Both the position numbers and the translations under genes were made by a program. 34,198 nucleotides of DNA from Nitrosopumilales archaeon (lineage in GTDB: Archaea > Thermoproteota > Nitrososphaeria > Nitrososphaerales > Nitrososphaeraceae): positions 1 to 34,198 of the forward strand of contig JBIQJB010000005.1 of NCBI GenBank assembly GCA_044507735.1, written 5' to 3'. Shown one piece after another: positions 18,251 through 27,523 of the stretch. The first letter of the stretch is position 1. Each line of letters starts with the position of its first letter. The notes below the pieces were generated by a model, which had not been told where the DNA came from, searched no databases, and saw nothing but the letters and a program-made list of their open reading frames with translations.

Positions 18251-18373
18251 TATCTTTATGCAAAATGATCCGAAGATATATACATTTTGGTCGGGCCGCT
18301 TTTCAGTGAAAAAATAGGATTCCCTGAGGAATGTTCAACTAAAACAAAGAAAAAGTAAAAAGGATGGGGTTGA

Positions 18374-18742
18374 TTAGGCTGAAGCTTGTCTTGCGCCTCT
18401 ACCCTTGAAGAAGAAGGCTGCTGCAACTCCGCCAAAGATGGCTGCAAGAGCACCGATTACGCCCCATGTTTCCAAACCGCTGAAGTATGGTGTTCCAGAA
18501 CCTTCAGGGTTGTTTCCATATTGTGTCGATTGTGCACTGGTGACTCTTTCCTTTGCCAGAATCGTTACGTCGTTGCAGTTGGCTCTCTCGATGCCAAGTT
18601 CTGCACATCTTTCAAGCTGTTCTGGAGTGGCTGTTCCTCCTCCTGGACTTCCCGAGTACTGCGCGTATACGGCCGGAAAGCCAGTTGCCATCACAGAAAA
18701 TACCGCTAATGCAGCGATAGCCATTATGATTGGCTTGTTCAT
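18374..18742 (-). CDS. Small secreted, C-terminally anchored surface protein
   Basis: Signal peptide ending VYA, ectodomain with two Cys, then TPYF, a TM helix and a basic tail. Confidence 0.85.
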   Translation of the reverse strand: MNKPIIMAIAALAVFSVMATGFPAVYAQYSGSPGGGTATPEQLERCAELGIERANCNDVTILAKERVTSAQSTQYGNNPEGSGTPYFSGLETWGVIGALAAIFGGVAAAFFFKGRGARQASA

Positions 18743-19290
18743 ATTACTTAACCTCTTCGAATTCTGATATTTAACTTTTTATGAAAGGGCGAGGTCGTTG
18801 CCTGATTTGATATCGCATAGCTTCTCGTCAAAACTCCCAGATTGTTTGCACGCATTACGTGCTACCTGGAACTTCTTGAGTCCATCAGGTACCCTGGATT
18901 GTCCCGGACCAATTTCGGTTCTCCTTCGGCCAGAAATTGCAGCAATTCTCTGATAGAGTTCAGTTTCCTCACAGAGTATTCTCTATCTAGCCCTCGCTCT
19001 CATAGATGTATGGAGCGAGATTCTTTCCATGACTGGCGAGAGGGGAAATTTCCGAAAATCCCATCATATGTTCTAAATGATGCGCCAGATGGGAGAGTAG
19101 TGCAATCGGTCCGCCACCCTCTCTCATTCCTATCGGACCTGCAACTCATGGGAGGAGATGCACAGCCATTGCAGAGTTGTGGCTGGTTTGGCGGAGCGTG
19201 GTGCAAAGTCTTCCAAGTAGTCAGCGCCAAAGGAGGATTGTAGTTTCACTTGGTTTTCCTCCCTTGAACTTGCAGATATGCAAATAAACA

Positions 19291-19296
19291 TTTAAG
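19291..19296 (+). promoter_or_regulatory. TATA box of the rps15 operon
   Basis: TTTAAG with A-rich BRE-like sequence, about 30 nt before ATG 19327. Confidence 0.55.
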
Positions 19297-19326
19297 ACAC
19301 GTGTATGCATCCAGTGTGGTAAAGAT

Positions 19327-19776
19327 ATGGCAAGAATTCACGTTCACACTCATGGCAAATCTCATTCGACCCGCCCTACCTCGAAAAGTCCTCCATCGTG
19401 GCTGAATCAGAGTAGGGATCAGGTTTCATCTCTCGTGGTCAAGCTGTCAAAGGATGGTCTGAGCCCAAGCGAAATTGGCATGAAGCTCAGGGACGAGCAC
19501 GGAATTCCACTTGTCAAGCCCGTAGTGGGCAAGAAACTTACTCAAGTTCTCGCAGAGAACAATATCAGATCAGATATGCCTGAGGACTTGGACAGGCTCG
19601 TGAGAAAGGCAGTTGGCCTTCAGAAGCACCTGAAGACACACAACAGCGACCACCGAAACGTGCGCTCGCTAGAGCTCGTAGAGGCCAAGATCCACCGCCT
19701 CTCGAAATACTACAAGAACGTGGGGAAGCTTCCTAAGAACTGGAGATACGCCGCAGTAATTGCTCAGCTAGAGTAA
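19327..19776 (+). CDS. rps15: 30S ribosomal protein S15 (uS15; S15p/S13e)
   Basis: MARIH...GKSHS, PSEIGMKLRD, PEDL and LVEAKIHRLSKYY motifs. Confidence 0.97.
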   Translation: MARIHVHTHGKSHSTRPTSKSPPSWLNQSRDQVSSLVVKLSKDGLSPSEIGMKLRDEHGIPLVKPVVGKKLTQVLAENNIRSDMPEDLDRLVRKAVGLQKHLKTHNSDHRNVRSLELVEAKIHRLSKYYKNVGKLPKNWRYAAVIAQLE

Positions 19777-19788
19777 GGTACCTCATTG

Positions 19789-21222
19789 ATGAGCAGAAAG
19801 CTTGAAGAGGATCTGAAGCCTTTTTGTGAAAAAATAAGATCCGTTGTTGAAAACGATAGCGAGATTGCCGTCATTACGCATCTAGATGCAGATGGTATTA
19901 CTTCTGGCAGCATAGTTGCAAGCGCACTCGACCGAATGGGTGCTCGCTATTCTGTCAGAGCAGTTTCTGATATGAATCCTTCAGTCATCGAAAGGGTCAA
20001 GTCGGAAAATCGTGATTTCCACATTATAACCGACCTTGGCGGTGGTTGGGCATCGGAGTTACGAAAGACCTTTGGAGACAAGTGGCTCATTATAGATCAT
20101 CATCAGATACCGGAGGAAGAGATTCTCACAGATGACGATGGACAAATATTAAACGCGTGGAAGTACGGGATTGACGGCGGCACCCAAGTTCCTGCAGGAG
20201 GAATGGCATACATGGTGGCAAGCACGCTAGATAGGAAGAATCGCGACTTGTCTTGTATTGCAGTTGTTTCTGCCGTTGGCGATAGGCAGGATCAGGGTGA
20301 TAAGAAATCATTTGTGGGTCTGAACACGGAAATATTAAAGACTGCCCAGTCTCTTGGGCTTGTAAGTGTAGACCTTGACATCATGTTGACAGGTAGAGAA
20401 ACGCGGCCCATCCACGAGGCACTTGCTTATACATCGTTTCCATATATTGACGGGCTCACCTGGAACAGAGAAGCATGCCATTCGCTCTTGAAAAATGCCG
20501 GGATAAGACTGAAGGATGACAGCCGCTGGCGTGTATTGGCCGAACTTTCCCAGGAAGAAAAAAGCGCAGTTCTGGATGCTATAGCCAAATTTGTTGCCAC
20601 TTCGAGCAAGACCTCGATCAGTGTCATTGATGATTTAATCGGGTATGTCTATACGCTTACTCGAGAAGACAAACGGAGCCAGTTGAGAGATGCCCGCGAG
20701 TTCTCGACTATGCTCAATGCCTGCGGTAGAATTGGGAAGGCAGGTGTGGGTATCGCAATATGCATGGGGGATAGAAATGCAATGCTGAGCGCGGGTGAGG
20801 AAATAGTGGGGTCATACAGAACCACATTGCGCAACTACATCACTACGATTTTCAATGAAAAGTGGAGGCTGGTAGATGACGGCAGGAACGTGTTTGTAAA
20901 TGGCGACGGGCTCCTAGCTGAGGACATGCTGGGGGCAGTGTCTTCTCTACTGAGCGGTTCTCCGTCGCTCAGCGGCAGACACCTATTTGTACGGACTCTG
21001 GCGACAGACGGCACTTACAAGTTTTCATCGCGCAAGTGTTTGGGCTGCACTTCGCAAGCCAACCTTGGATTGATAATGCGGCACTATGCAGAGCAGTTCA
21101 AAGGTGCTGGCGGTGGGCACTCGGCCGCTGCTGGGTGCAGAATTCCCTCATCAGCTCTTGATGACTTTATTGCCAGCCTGAAAACCGCAACAAGTGACCC
21201 CAGATTTGCAACGACAACTTGA
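19789..21222 (+). CDS. DHH-family phosphoesterase (RecJ-like nuclease)
   Basis: HLDADG, TDLG, IDHH, LNACGR and GGGH motifs; conserved position after rps15. Confidence 0.92.
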   Translation: MSRKLEEDLKPFCEKIRSVVENDSEIAVITHLDADGITSGSIVASALDRMGARYSVRAVSDMNPSVIERVKSENRDFHIITDLGGGWASELRKTFGDKWLIIDHHQIPEEEILTDDDGQILNAWKYGIDGGTQVPAGGMAYMVASTLDRKNRDLSCIAVVSAVGDRQDQGDKKSFVGLNTEILKTAQSLGLVSVDLDIMLTGRETRPIHEALAYTSFPYIDGLTWNREACHSLLKNAGIRLKDDSRWRVLAELSQEEKSAVLDAIAKFVATSSKTSISVIDDLIGYVYTLTREDKRSQLRDAREFSTMLNACGRIGKAGVGIAICMGDRNAMLSAGEEIVGSYRTTLRNYITTIFNEKWRLVDDGRNVFVNGDGLLAEDMLGAVSSLLSGSPSLSGRHLFVRTLATDGTYKFSSRKCLGCTSQANLGLIMRHYAEQFKGAGGGHSAAAGCRIPSSALDDFIASLKTATSDPRFATTT

Positions 21223-21469
21223 TTTCTCCATATATATCGAGATTCCTTTCCCAAGCAGCGGAGATGCAAGAGCAGCTCTGAAGGCATTAATACCAGATAA
21301 TATTAACTTCCCAAAAGGTCTGTCGATGAAAATGTTTTCAAAAGGCGCCTCACTCTCAATTGAGCTGACTAGCAAGAATGTCCCTGTAACTACCGTTCTC
21401 AATACCCTTGACGAAGTGCTGGAGCACATTTCGGTATCAAGAAAAGTGATGATGACAGGCAATGCTTGA
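21206..21469 (+). CDS. pcc1: KEOPS complex Pcc1-like subunit
   Basis: IEIPF...ALIPDN pattern, size, and position in the rps15-DHH-pcc1 gene order. Confidence 0.75.
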   Translation: MQRQLDFSIYIEIPFPSSGDARAALKALIPDNINFPKGLSMKMFSKGASLSIELTSKNVPVTTVLNTLDEVLEHISVSRKVMMTGNA

Positions 21470-22742
21470 CCCCAAACTTTTGAAGGAAAACCCGCAGGTC
21501 TTGCGGGATATCCTGAACAAGCGGAATATGCCCGACTTTCCACTTGAAGAGCTTGTAACAGTTGACAAGCGAAGGCGGGAACTGATAGTTGAAACTCAAG
21601 AACTGCGACAGAAAAAGAACGTACTTGCCGAAGCTATTGCCCGCAAGAAGAAAACAAAGCAAGACGCGAGTGTTGAGCTTGCCCAAATGAAAGAAGTGAG
21701 CATCTACCTCGGCGAAAGTGAAAAAGAGCTGGCAAAGACTGAAGATAGATTCAAGGAACTCATGATGGCGATGCCCAATACGTTGCATGAATCAGTGCCT
21801 GTGGGCAAAGATGAAAAGGACAATGTAATAGTTCGTCAGAACGGCACCATCAGAAGGATGGATTTTACTCCCAGGGATCATGTCGACATTGCGACTTCTC
21901 TTGATCTTGTCGATCTAGAGCGCGCGGCCAAAGTCTCAGGAGCGCGCTTTTACTTTTTGAAGAACGAGCTAGTGAGGATGAATCAGGCATTAGTGAATTT
22001 TGCTATCGACTTCCTCAGTAGTCACGGATACGTTCCGGTCCAGCCACCTTACATGATAAGAAGGGAGCCAATGTCCGGTGCGGTCATCATGGGTGACTTT
22101 CAGGATGTCATCTACAAGATAGAAGGAGAGGATCTCTTTATGATAGGCACATCCGAACATGCAATTGCAAGCATGCATATGGGCGAGATTCTTGATGGCA
22201 AAAAATTGCCTATAAGGTACGCAGGCTACAGCCCGTGTTTCAGAAAAGAAGCTGGAGCCCATGGAAAGGACATGAAGGGCATATTCCGAGTCCACCAATT
22301 TGAAAAGGTGGAGCAATTCGTCTACTGCCGGCCAGAGGACTCGTGGAACGAGCATGAAAGGATGCTTGCACTTTCTGAAGAATTCTTTAACAAGCTTGGG
22401 ATACCAAACCGAGTTATGTTGCTGAGTTCAGGCGATACCGGTAAGATTTCGGCCAAGACATATGACATCGAGGCATGGATGCCAGGTCAGAACGCATACC
22501 GCGAAGTTGTATCCTGCTCAAACTGCATCGACTACCAGGCGCGCAGGCTCGGGATAAGGTTCCGCGATAAGACAAATGAAGATACCCGTCTTGTTCATAC
22601 GCTCAACAGCACGCTGGTCGCGACAGAACGAACTATGGTGGCGATACTTGAGAACTACCAGACTTCTAGTGGTGCAATCGAAGTGCCAGAAGTACTCCAA
22701 CAATATATGGGCGGAATAAGAGAGATAAAGACTCGCATTTGA
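21462..22742 (+). CDS. serS: Serine--tRNA ligase
   Basis: MLD start, coiled arm, and GTSE, FRKEAG, RVHQFEKVE, EVVSCSNC and HTLNST motifs. Confidence 0.98.
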   Translation: MLDPKLLKENPQVLRDILNKRNMPDFPLEELVTVDKRRRELIVETQELRQKKNVLAEAIARKKKTKQDASVELAQMKEVSIYLGESEKELAKTEDRFKELMMAMPNTLHESVPVGKDEKDNVIVRQNGTIRRMDFTPRDHVDIATSLDLVDLERAAKVSGARFYFLKNELVRMNQALVNFAIDFLSSHGYVPVQPPYMIRREPMSGAVIMGDFQDVIYKIEGEDLFMIGTSEHAIASMHMGEILDGKKLPIRYAGYSPCFRKEAGAHGKDMKGIFRVHQFEKVEQFVYCRPEDSWNEHERMLALSEEFFNKLGIPNRVMLLSSGDTGKISAKTYDIEAWMPGQNAYREVVSCSNCIDYQARRLGIRFRDKTNEDTRLVHTLNSTLVATERTMVAILENYQTSSGAIEVPEVLQQYMGGIREIKTRI

Positions 22743-22789
22743 CGCATCATATATATTATATATTTTAGCCAGAAAAAGAGAGAAGTTTA

Positions 22790-23485
22790 ATGGCTAAAGG
22801 AGCGAAGAAAGGTGGCAGAGTCCGCGACAAATGGCGAGATAAGCAATGGGTAATTGTAAACAAACCCTCCGGCTTTGAGCCGCAGATTCCAGTAAACTAT
22901 ATCCCGGTTACAAACGTTGAGCAGGCAAGAGGTCGCACTATTGAAAACACTCTTCATGACATGATGAAGGGTAACCCAGACCAAAGTATGGATCAGCACC
23001 AGATCAAGGTCTTTGTCCAGATCGACAAGATTATAGACGGCACCGCAAATACGATTTTTAAGGGCCACGAATACGCCAAAGAATTCCTCAGGAGCCTCGT
23101 CCGAAGGGGAAGCTCTATGATCACGTTCACCCACGACTATACTACTATGGACGGCCATACGTTCAGAGTGGCAGTCATTGCGTTCACCCAAAGGAGAGTC
23201 AACTCGTCAAAGAAGCACGAAATCAGATTGGTGGCACACAAGATACTCTCTGAAAGAATACCCCAACTGCCAGTTGACCAGTTCGTCCAAGAGGTCACTA
23301 CCAGTAAGGGAGAGGACATCCCCAGAGAGACCAACAGCAAGCTGGGAGCAGCCATATTGGAAGAAGCAAAAAGGATAACTGTGATCCGCCACATCGGGAT
23401 CAAGAAGACTAAGCTTATCTCTACTCCTGAGTCAAGGGCAATTGAAGAGGCCAAGCCAGTCGAAGCTGTCCCGCCGGCTCAATAG
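22790..23485 (+). CDS. rps3ae: 30S ribosomal protein S3ae (eS1)
   Basis: RVRDKWRDKQW, GRTIE and FKGHEYAKEFLRSLVRRGSS motifs. Confidence 0.95.
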   Translation: MAKGAKKGGRVRDKWRDKQWVIVNKPSGFEPQIPVNYIPVTNVEQARGRTIENTLHDMMKGNPDQSMDQHQIKVFVQIDKIIDGTANTIFKGHEYAKEFLRSLVRRGSSMITFTHDYTTMDGHTFRVAVIAFTQRRVNSSKKHEIRLVAHKILSERIPQLPVDQFVQEVTTSKGEDIPRETNSKLGAAILEEAKRITVIRHIGIKKTKLISTPESRAIEEAKPVEAVPPAQ

Positions 23486-23524
23486 CATATAGCTTTTTAG
23501 CCGGTATTTTTCCATCTTTTTCAA

Positions 23525-23971
23525 ATGTCTGAAGAGAGCGCGAGGTTTTCTTCTGCAGAGGTCAACCTGCTTCTTCACGGTACAGAAGATGCCAACAAGG
23601 TGCTCCAGTCAATACAGAACACTCTTTCAATTCCCTCCGAACGTTTCTCCATTACTCAGTCAGAGGGACACTTCAAGAACAAGATCATGCTGGTCAAGGC
23701 GAGCCTTCCAACTCAAGAAGCTGGTGGTCTTGCCCATCGCATAATGTCGCTCTTGAACAGCACTGACAGAGACCGCTTATCAAGCTCGCTTGAAGAATAT
23801 CTAGACGAAAAAGGCAGCCTTTACCTCAGACTCGACAAACAAAGAATCTGTCAAGGTAAGGTGTCGCTTTCAGAAGCAGACGCTGTCAGGATAAGGTTCA
23901 AGCCAGTCAAAAGGTACAGGCCTTCGGGAAATCTGGAGAGCTACAGGGGGCTTTTGACTTCAATCGAATAG
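23525..23971 (+). CDS. Archaeal RNA-binding protein (DUF54, exosome-superoperon associated)
   Basis: HGTED, EGHFKNKI and LYLRLDKQ motifs. Confidence 0.88.
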   Translation: MSEESARFSSAEVNLLLHGTEDANKVLQSIQNTLSIPSERFSITQSEGHFKNKIMLVKASLPTQEAGGLAHRIMSLLNSTDRDRLSSSLEEYLDEKGSLYLRLDKQRICQGKVSLSEADAVRIRFKPVKRYRPSGNLESYRGLLTSIE

Positions 23972-23979
23972 ACCTTCTT

Positions 23980-24495
23980 GTGAGCGGAGACTTTGACATC
24001 GCGGCGGCAGCGAAGATGCTTTCAATAGGCAGAGTGGGGGTGCCATTCAACAACAAAATCAACAAAGGAATTATCTATAGACTAAGCAAGAAGCCGCAAC
24101 AGCCTTCAAGGTATCCTTACCTTATTGTATCAGATACGACTGGCGAACTCGCCGATCTTGTGACGATCAACGATTTTTCCAAGTACAAGGAAAAATTAAA
24201 GAAAGTGAAGAAAGGAACAGGCATTGAAATTACAATTTCTTCTGCAAGGAAAATGGATGCAGCTGGAGTTGGAAGATGGTTTGAAGATGTCGCCAAGATA
24301 CATTCCTACTGCTATTCGTCCGGATGTCAATTGATTCTGTCCAGCGGAGCCCGGTCGATGAATGAAATGGTCTCGGGTCCATGCCTCGATGCTATTCTAA
24401 GGAAATGCGATATCAGTCCTGAAAGATATTGGCGTGAGATGAACGAATGGATAGAGTCGAAGCTGTCAAAGAGGGTGTATTTACCGGATGCTTAA
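23980..24495 (+). CDS. rnp3: RNase P subunit Rpp30-like (divergent, short)
   Basis: GIEITI...LILSSGARS C-terminal signature; located between DUF54 and Pop5. Confidence 0.65.
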   Translation: MSGDFDIAAAAKMLSIGRVGVPFNNKINKGIIYRLSKKPQQPSRYPYLIVSDTTGELADLVTINDFSKYKEKLKKVKKGTGIEITISSARKMDAAGVGRWFEDVAKIHSYCYSSGCQLILSSGARSMNEMVSGPCLDAILRKCDISPERYWREMNEWIESKLSKRVYLPDA

Positions 24496-24775
24496 TCGGC
24501 GGCCAAAACGGCGGTACCTCCTAATTAGACATACCGGACAGTCCAGCGACATTGTCGTAAATGCAATCTCAAAACGATTTGCTGAGCTTTTTGGATCAAT
24601 TGCAGCACAGAGAGCCTCGATAAGAGCAGTAAGATCACAAGATAGCACAACAATGGTAATAAGATGCGCGCTGACCCAGTTGGAAAGCGTACTCGTTGCA
24701 ATTGCACTGACAGAGCCCCCAGTGGTTACGTTGGACATGTCGGGGAGCATCAAGCGGCTAGGGCGCCGGAACTAA
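24488..24775 (+). CDS. rnp2: RNase P subunit Pop5/Rpp14
   Basis: KRRYL, ELFG, IRC and SGSIKRL motifs. Confidence 0.88.
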   Translation: MLNRRPKRRYLLIRHTGQSSDIVVNAISKRFAELFGSIAAQRASIRAVRSQDSTTMVIRCALTQLESVLVAIALTEPPVVTLDMSGSIKRLGRRN

Positions 24776-24777
24776 GG

Positions 24778-24783
24778 TTTAAG
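24778..24783 (+). promoter_or_regulatory. TATA box for the downstream sRNA
   Basis: TTTAAG about 24 nt upstream of the sRNA 5' end. Confidence 0.55.
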
Positions 24784-24806
24784 TTGGTTTTGCATGCTAA
24801 GAACCC

Positions 24807-24875
24807 GGGGGATGAGGTGAGTTTCGCTGCTCCAGACTGAGCAATAGCAATGAAGATCTCGCGACGAACCGACCC
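24807..24875 (+). ncRNA. Box C/D 2'-O-methylation guide sRNA (candidate)
   Basis: C GGGATGA 24809-15, D' CTGA 24837-40, C' ATGAAGA 24850-56, 12-nt guide, D CCGA 24869-72; G-rich 5' and CCC 3' ends; own TATA and a T-rich tract downstream. Confidence 0.68.
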
Positions 24876-24881
24876 AAGAAA

Positions 24882-24891
24882 TTTCTTTCTT
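24882..24891 (+). terminator. T-rich archaeal terminator candidate TTTCTTTCTT
   Basis: Pyrimidine tract immediately after the sRNA. Confidence 0.4.
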
Positions 24892-24928
24892 AGGCTGCGC
24901 ATAAAACAATTATTAGCATCTGCCGCGT

Positions 24929-25822
24929 ATGATCGTCAAAATGGAGATAGTTTACGATTATCCTCTATATCGACCGCCATCTGAAGCTAATTCCATGATA
25001 TTTCAAGTGACTTTGGGTTGTTCTTTTAACAGATGTTCGTTCTGCAACATGTATCGCACAAAAGAGTATGCTGAAAGGCCATGGGATGAAATCAAGGTCG
25101 AGATCGACATGGCATCGAAGTTCTACCCTGACACGCGAAGGGTGTTTCTGGCTGACGGCGATGCCCTGAACTTGTCAAAGGATAGAATGATCCAGATACT
25201 AGAGTACCTCTATTCCAAGTTTCCCAATCTGGAGCGTGTGTCGTGCTATGCTATGCCTATGAACATCCTGAAAAAGAAGGAAGACGAGTTGAAAGAGTTG
25301 AGAGCAGCTGGTCTGAGTATGCTCTACATTGGTATCGAGTCGGGAAGCGATGTCGTGCTACGAAAAGTGACAAAAGGTGCAACCTACAAGACCATAGTTC
25401 AGGCATGCCAGAAGGCAAAGGACAGCGGGTATGTGATTTCATGCATGGTGATTCTAGGGCTCGGCGGTAAAACCTACACCAATGAGCACATAACAGACAC
25501 AGCTCGCGTCTTGAGTGAAACTGCACCGAACTATGTCGGCGTGCTGACACTGCAGCTTGAAGAAGGCATCTACGATGAGTTTATGACGAAATTCGGGGAA
25601 CCTTTTGTACCTCTAGACGACAACGACGTGCTCGATGAGCTTTATAGACTCGTCTCAAATCTCGAACCTAAAGCGCCAGTAGTGTTCAGAGCAAACCATG
25701 CGTCAAATGTTTACTCCATAGGTGGCACTATGCCCCAAGACAAAGACAAAGTGCTGGCGCTCGTCAAGAGCCTGAAGTCGCATCCAGAGATGATCAAGCC
25801 AAAATTCCTCCGCAGGTTCTAG
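24929..25822 (+). CDS. Radical SAM protein of unknown substrate
   Basis: YRPPSEA, CSFNRCSFC (CxxxCxxC), FLADGDAL, GIESG and FRANHASN motifs. Confidence 0.93.
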   Translation: MIVKMEIVYDYPLYRPPSEANSMIFQVTLGCSFNRCSFCNMYRTKEYAERPWDEIKVEIDMASKFYPDTRRVFLADGDALNLSKDRMIQILEYLYSKFPNLERVSCYAMPMNILKKKEDELKELRAAGLSMLYIGIESGSDVVLRKVTKGATYKTIVQACQKAKDSGYVISCMVILGLGGKTYTNEHITDTARVLSETAPNYVGVLTLQLEEGIYDEFMTKFGEPFVPLDDNDVLDELYRLVSNLEPKAPVVFRANHASNVYSIGGTMPQDKDKVLALVKSLKSHPEMIKPKFLRRF

Positions 25823-25827
25823 TGTGG

Positions 25828-26706
25828 CTACTCCTCTAATTCGTCATTTCGGGTATGAAACGAATGAACTTGAACTTCTACATCTACTCCATTTCGGCTT
25901 ATCTCGCTTAGAGTCACGATCTTGATACCATGATCTTTAATCTTGTCCAAAAGCATTTCGAGCTGCCCGATATGATCTTGGTTCACTATGTTCTTGTATT
26001 GAAGCATTTCTCTCTCAGCAAAATCCTGTGGATGTAGTGTGACGACGGCAAAGCCATATTGGTTCAAGCTAAGCTCGATTTCTGAAAGCACTTCTTGATG
26101 GTCAAGAGTAATCCAAGAGGTGTTGTCTGCATTCAGGTCCCCCATCAGTGCTGTTTCTGGGAACCGATAAAGGCTCTGGTTGCTCCTGCTGTCATACGGT
26201 GGGGGATCAAAGGTAACATTTGCACTGATGTATCGAATTCCGGCCTCCCTTGCAGCAGAAAACGTATCTGCGTTTACGACGTTATATGGTGCAATAAGAA
26301 CTATTGGCCTTGATCCCAATATCCCGACTATTTTCTCATTTGATCTTTGGATCAGGGTAGACTGTTCTTCCTTGTTGAATTCTGTAAGGTCTTCATGGTT
26401 CCATCCGTGGTTTGCAACTCCAAGAAGAGGATCACCATTTCGGCTTGTCAAATAATTGACTACGAGTGGATCTTCACCAAAGTAGTTACCAATGATTCCA
26501 ACTGTCAGACTTGCGTTTCTCTTGTCAAAAACCTCCATTACCTCAAGTTGCACATGGTTGAGAAAGTAATCCTGAATGTCATCGAGCCTAAATGCCACAC
26601 AATTGCAAGAATGGATTTGTTGATAGGTTGTATCGGGACCTGTTCCCAGCGACAGCGTTAACAGTATGACTACAAAGGCTGCAGCTGCAAGGGCAATTTT
26701 CTTCAA
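25828..26706 (-). CDS. Secreted polysaccharide deacetylase family protein (CE4-like)
   Basis: Signal peptide; AFRLDD, NHGWNH, APYN and LHPQDF motifs. Confidence 0.88.
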   Translation of the reverse strand: MKKIALAAAAFVVILLTLSLGTGPDTTYQQIHSCNCVAFRLDDIQDYFLNHVQLEVMEVFDKRNASLTVGIIGNYFGEDPLVVNYLTSRNGDPLLGVANHGWNHEDLTEFNKEEQSTLIQRSNEKIVGILGSRPIVLIAPYNVVNADTFSAAREAGIRYISANVTFDPPPYDSRSNQSLYRFPETALMGDLNADNTSWITLDHQEVLSEIELSLNQYGFAVVTLHPQDFAEREMLQYKNIVNQDHIGQLEMLLDKIKDHGIKIVTLSEISRNGVDVEVQVHSFHTRNDELEE

Positions 26707-26866
26707 ACCGGTGAATGACTATGAATCATGAAATAATCTCTTGTGACCAATGCTTCTAGAAAGTGTTTCCATCATTGATGAAATAATTTTAAACAAGGTG
26801 TGAGTTCTTCCAATCGCGCAAGGACCATCGATAGAATTATTAGCCTGAAAGCGTATTTCGGCTTTA

Positions 26867-27520
26867 ATGTACAGCGGGGAACTGGAAGTCCAGGCCAAGA
26901 GAAAGGCCCTGGCAGTTTTGCAGGACGAAATTACTCGAATTCTGAACTCCTCAAGAGATCTGTCAACGCTTACAGCCTCGCTCATCAAGGGCGATGATAA
27001 GGACATCCAGCACTGTCTGGAACGCATGAGAAACACCGAAGAGGAAGTGGAGAACCTTCGCAGAAAGATCACCCGCGAAGTAGCTGAGATCGGTAGCCTC
27101 ATGGCCAACAGGGAGGACATTCTCAGAACCGCATATGTGATTGATGATATCGCAGGCTATATCAGCGGAGTTGCCTTCAGGCTTGCAAACATGAAGCCCG
27201 CTACTCTGAAAAAGGCGTCATTTGACGACGACCTTAAGCAACTCGTCGGGATGGTCGTTGACACGATTTTCAAGCTTAATGAAATGGGCCGGTCGCTTTC
27301 AATCAACCCCGCAAACGCAATCGACATTGCGCAGGATGTGCAGAAGCTGGAGCGCCAAGTTGACGCGAAATACCGCGCGGTCATTGTCAAAGCGCTCAAT
27401 GAAATATCATCAACAAAAGATCTCCTGCTGCTAAAGGACGCGATTGAGGGCATCGAGGGCATGATCGATAAGTGCCAAGAAGCTTCTGACTCATTTACAA
27501 TATTGGCACTGAGCATGTAA
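26867..27520 (+). CDS. DUF47/PhoU-like phosphate transport regulator family protein
   Basis: Two helical repeats (EEEVENLRRKI...REDIL; LERQVDAKYR...IEGMIDKCQEASD). Confidence 0.85.
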   Translation: MYSGELEVQAKRKALAVLQDEITRILNSSRDLSTLTASLIKGDDKDIQHCLERMRNTEEEVENLRRKITREVAEIGSLMANREDILRTAYVIDDIAGYISGVAFRLANMKPATLKKASFDDDLKQLVGMVVDTIFKLNEMGRSLSINPANAIDIAQDVQKLERQVDAKYRAVIVKALNEISSTKDLLLLKDAIEGIEGMIDKCQEASDSFTILALSM

Positions 27521-27523
27521 GAA

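Noticed and set aside
18780-19250. ORFs 18842..19243 (+) and 19000..19230 (-), or an RNA gene upstream of rps15
   Set aside because: No protein motifs and no tRNA, SRP or RNase P hallmarks that I could identify.
24804-24880. tRNA interpretation of the GC-rich element after pop5
   Set aside because: No T-loop GTTCRA or cloverleaf; the box C/D layout fits better.
15649-25822. AMMECR1 plus the radical SAM gene as an AmmeMemoRadiSam system
   Set aside because: The genes are ~9 kb apart, no Memo gene is present, and the radical SAM has different family motifs (YRPPSEA/NHASN).
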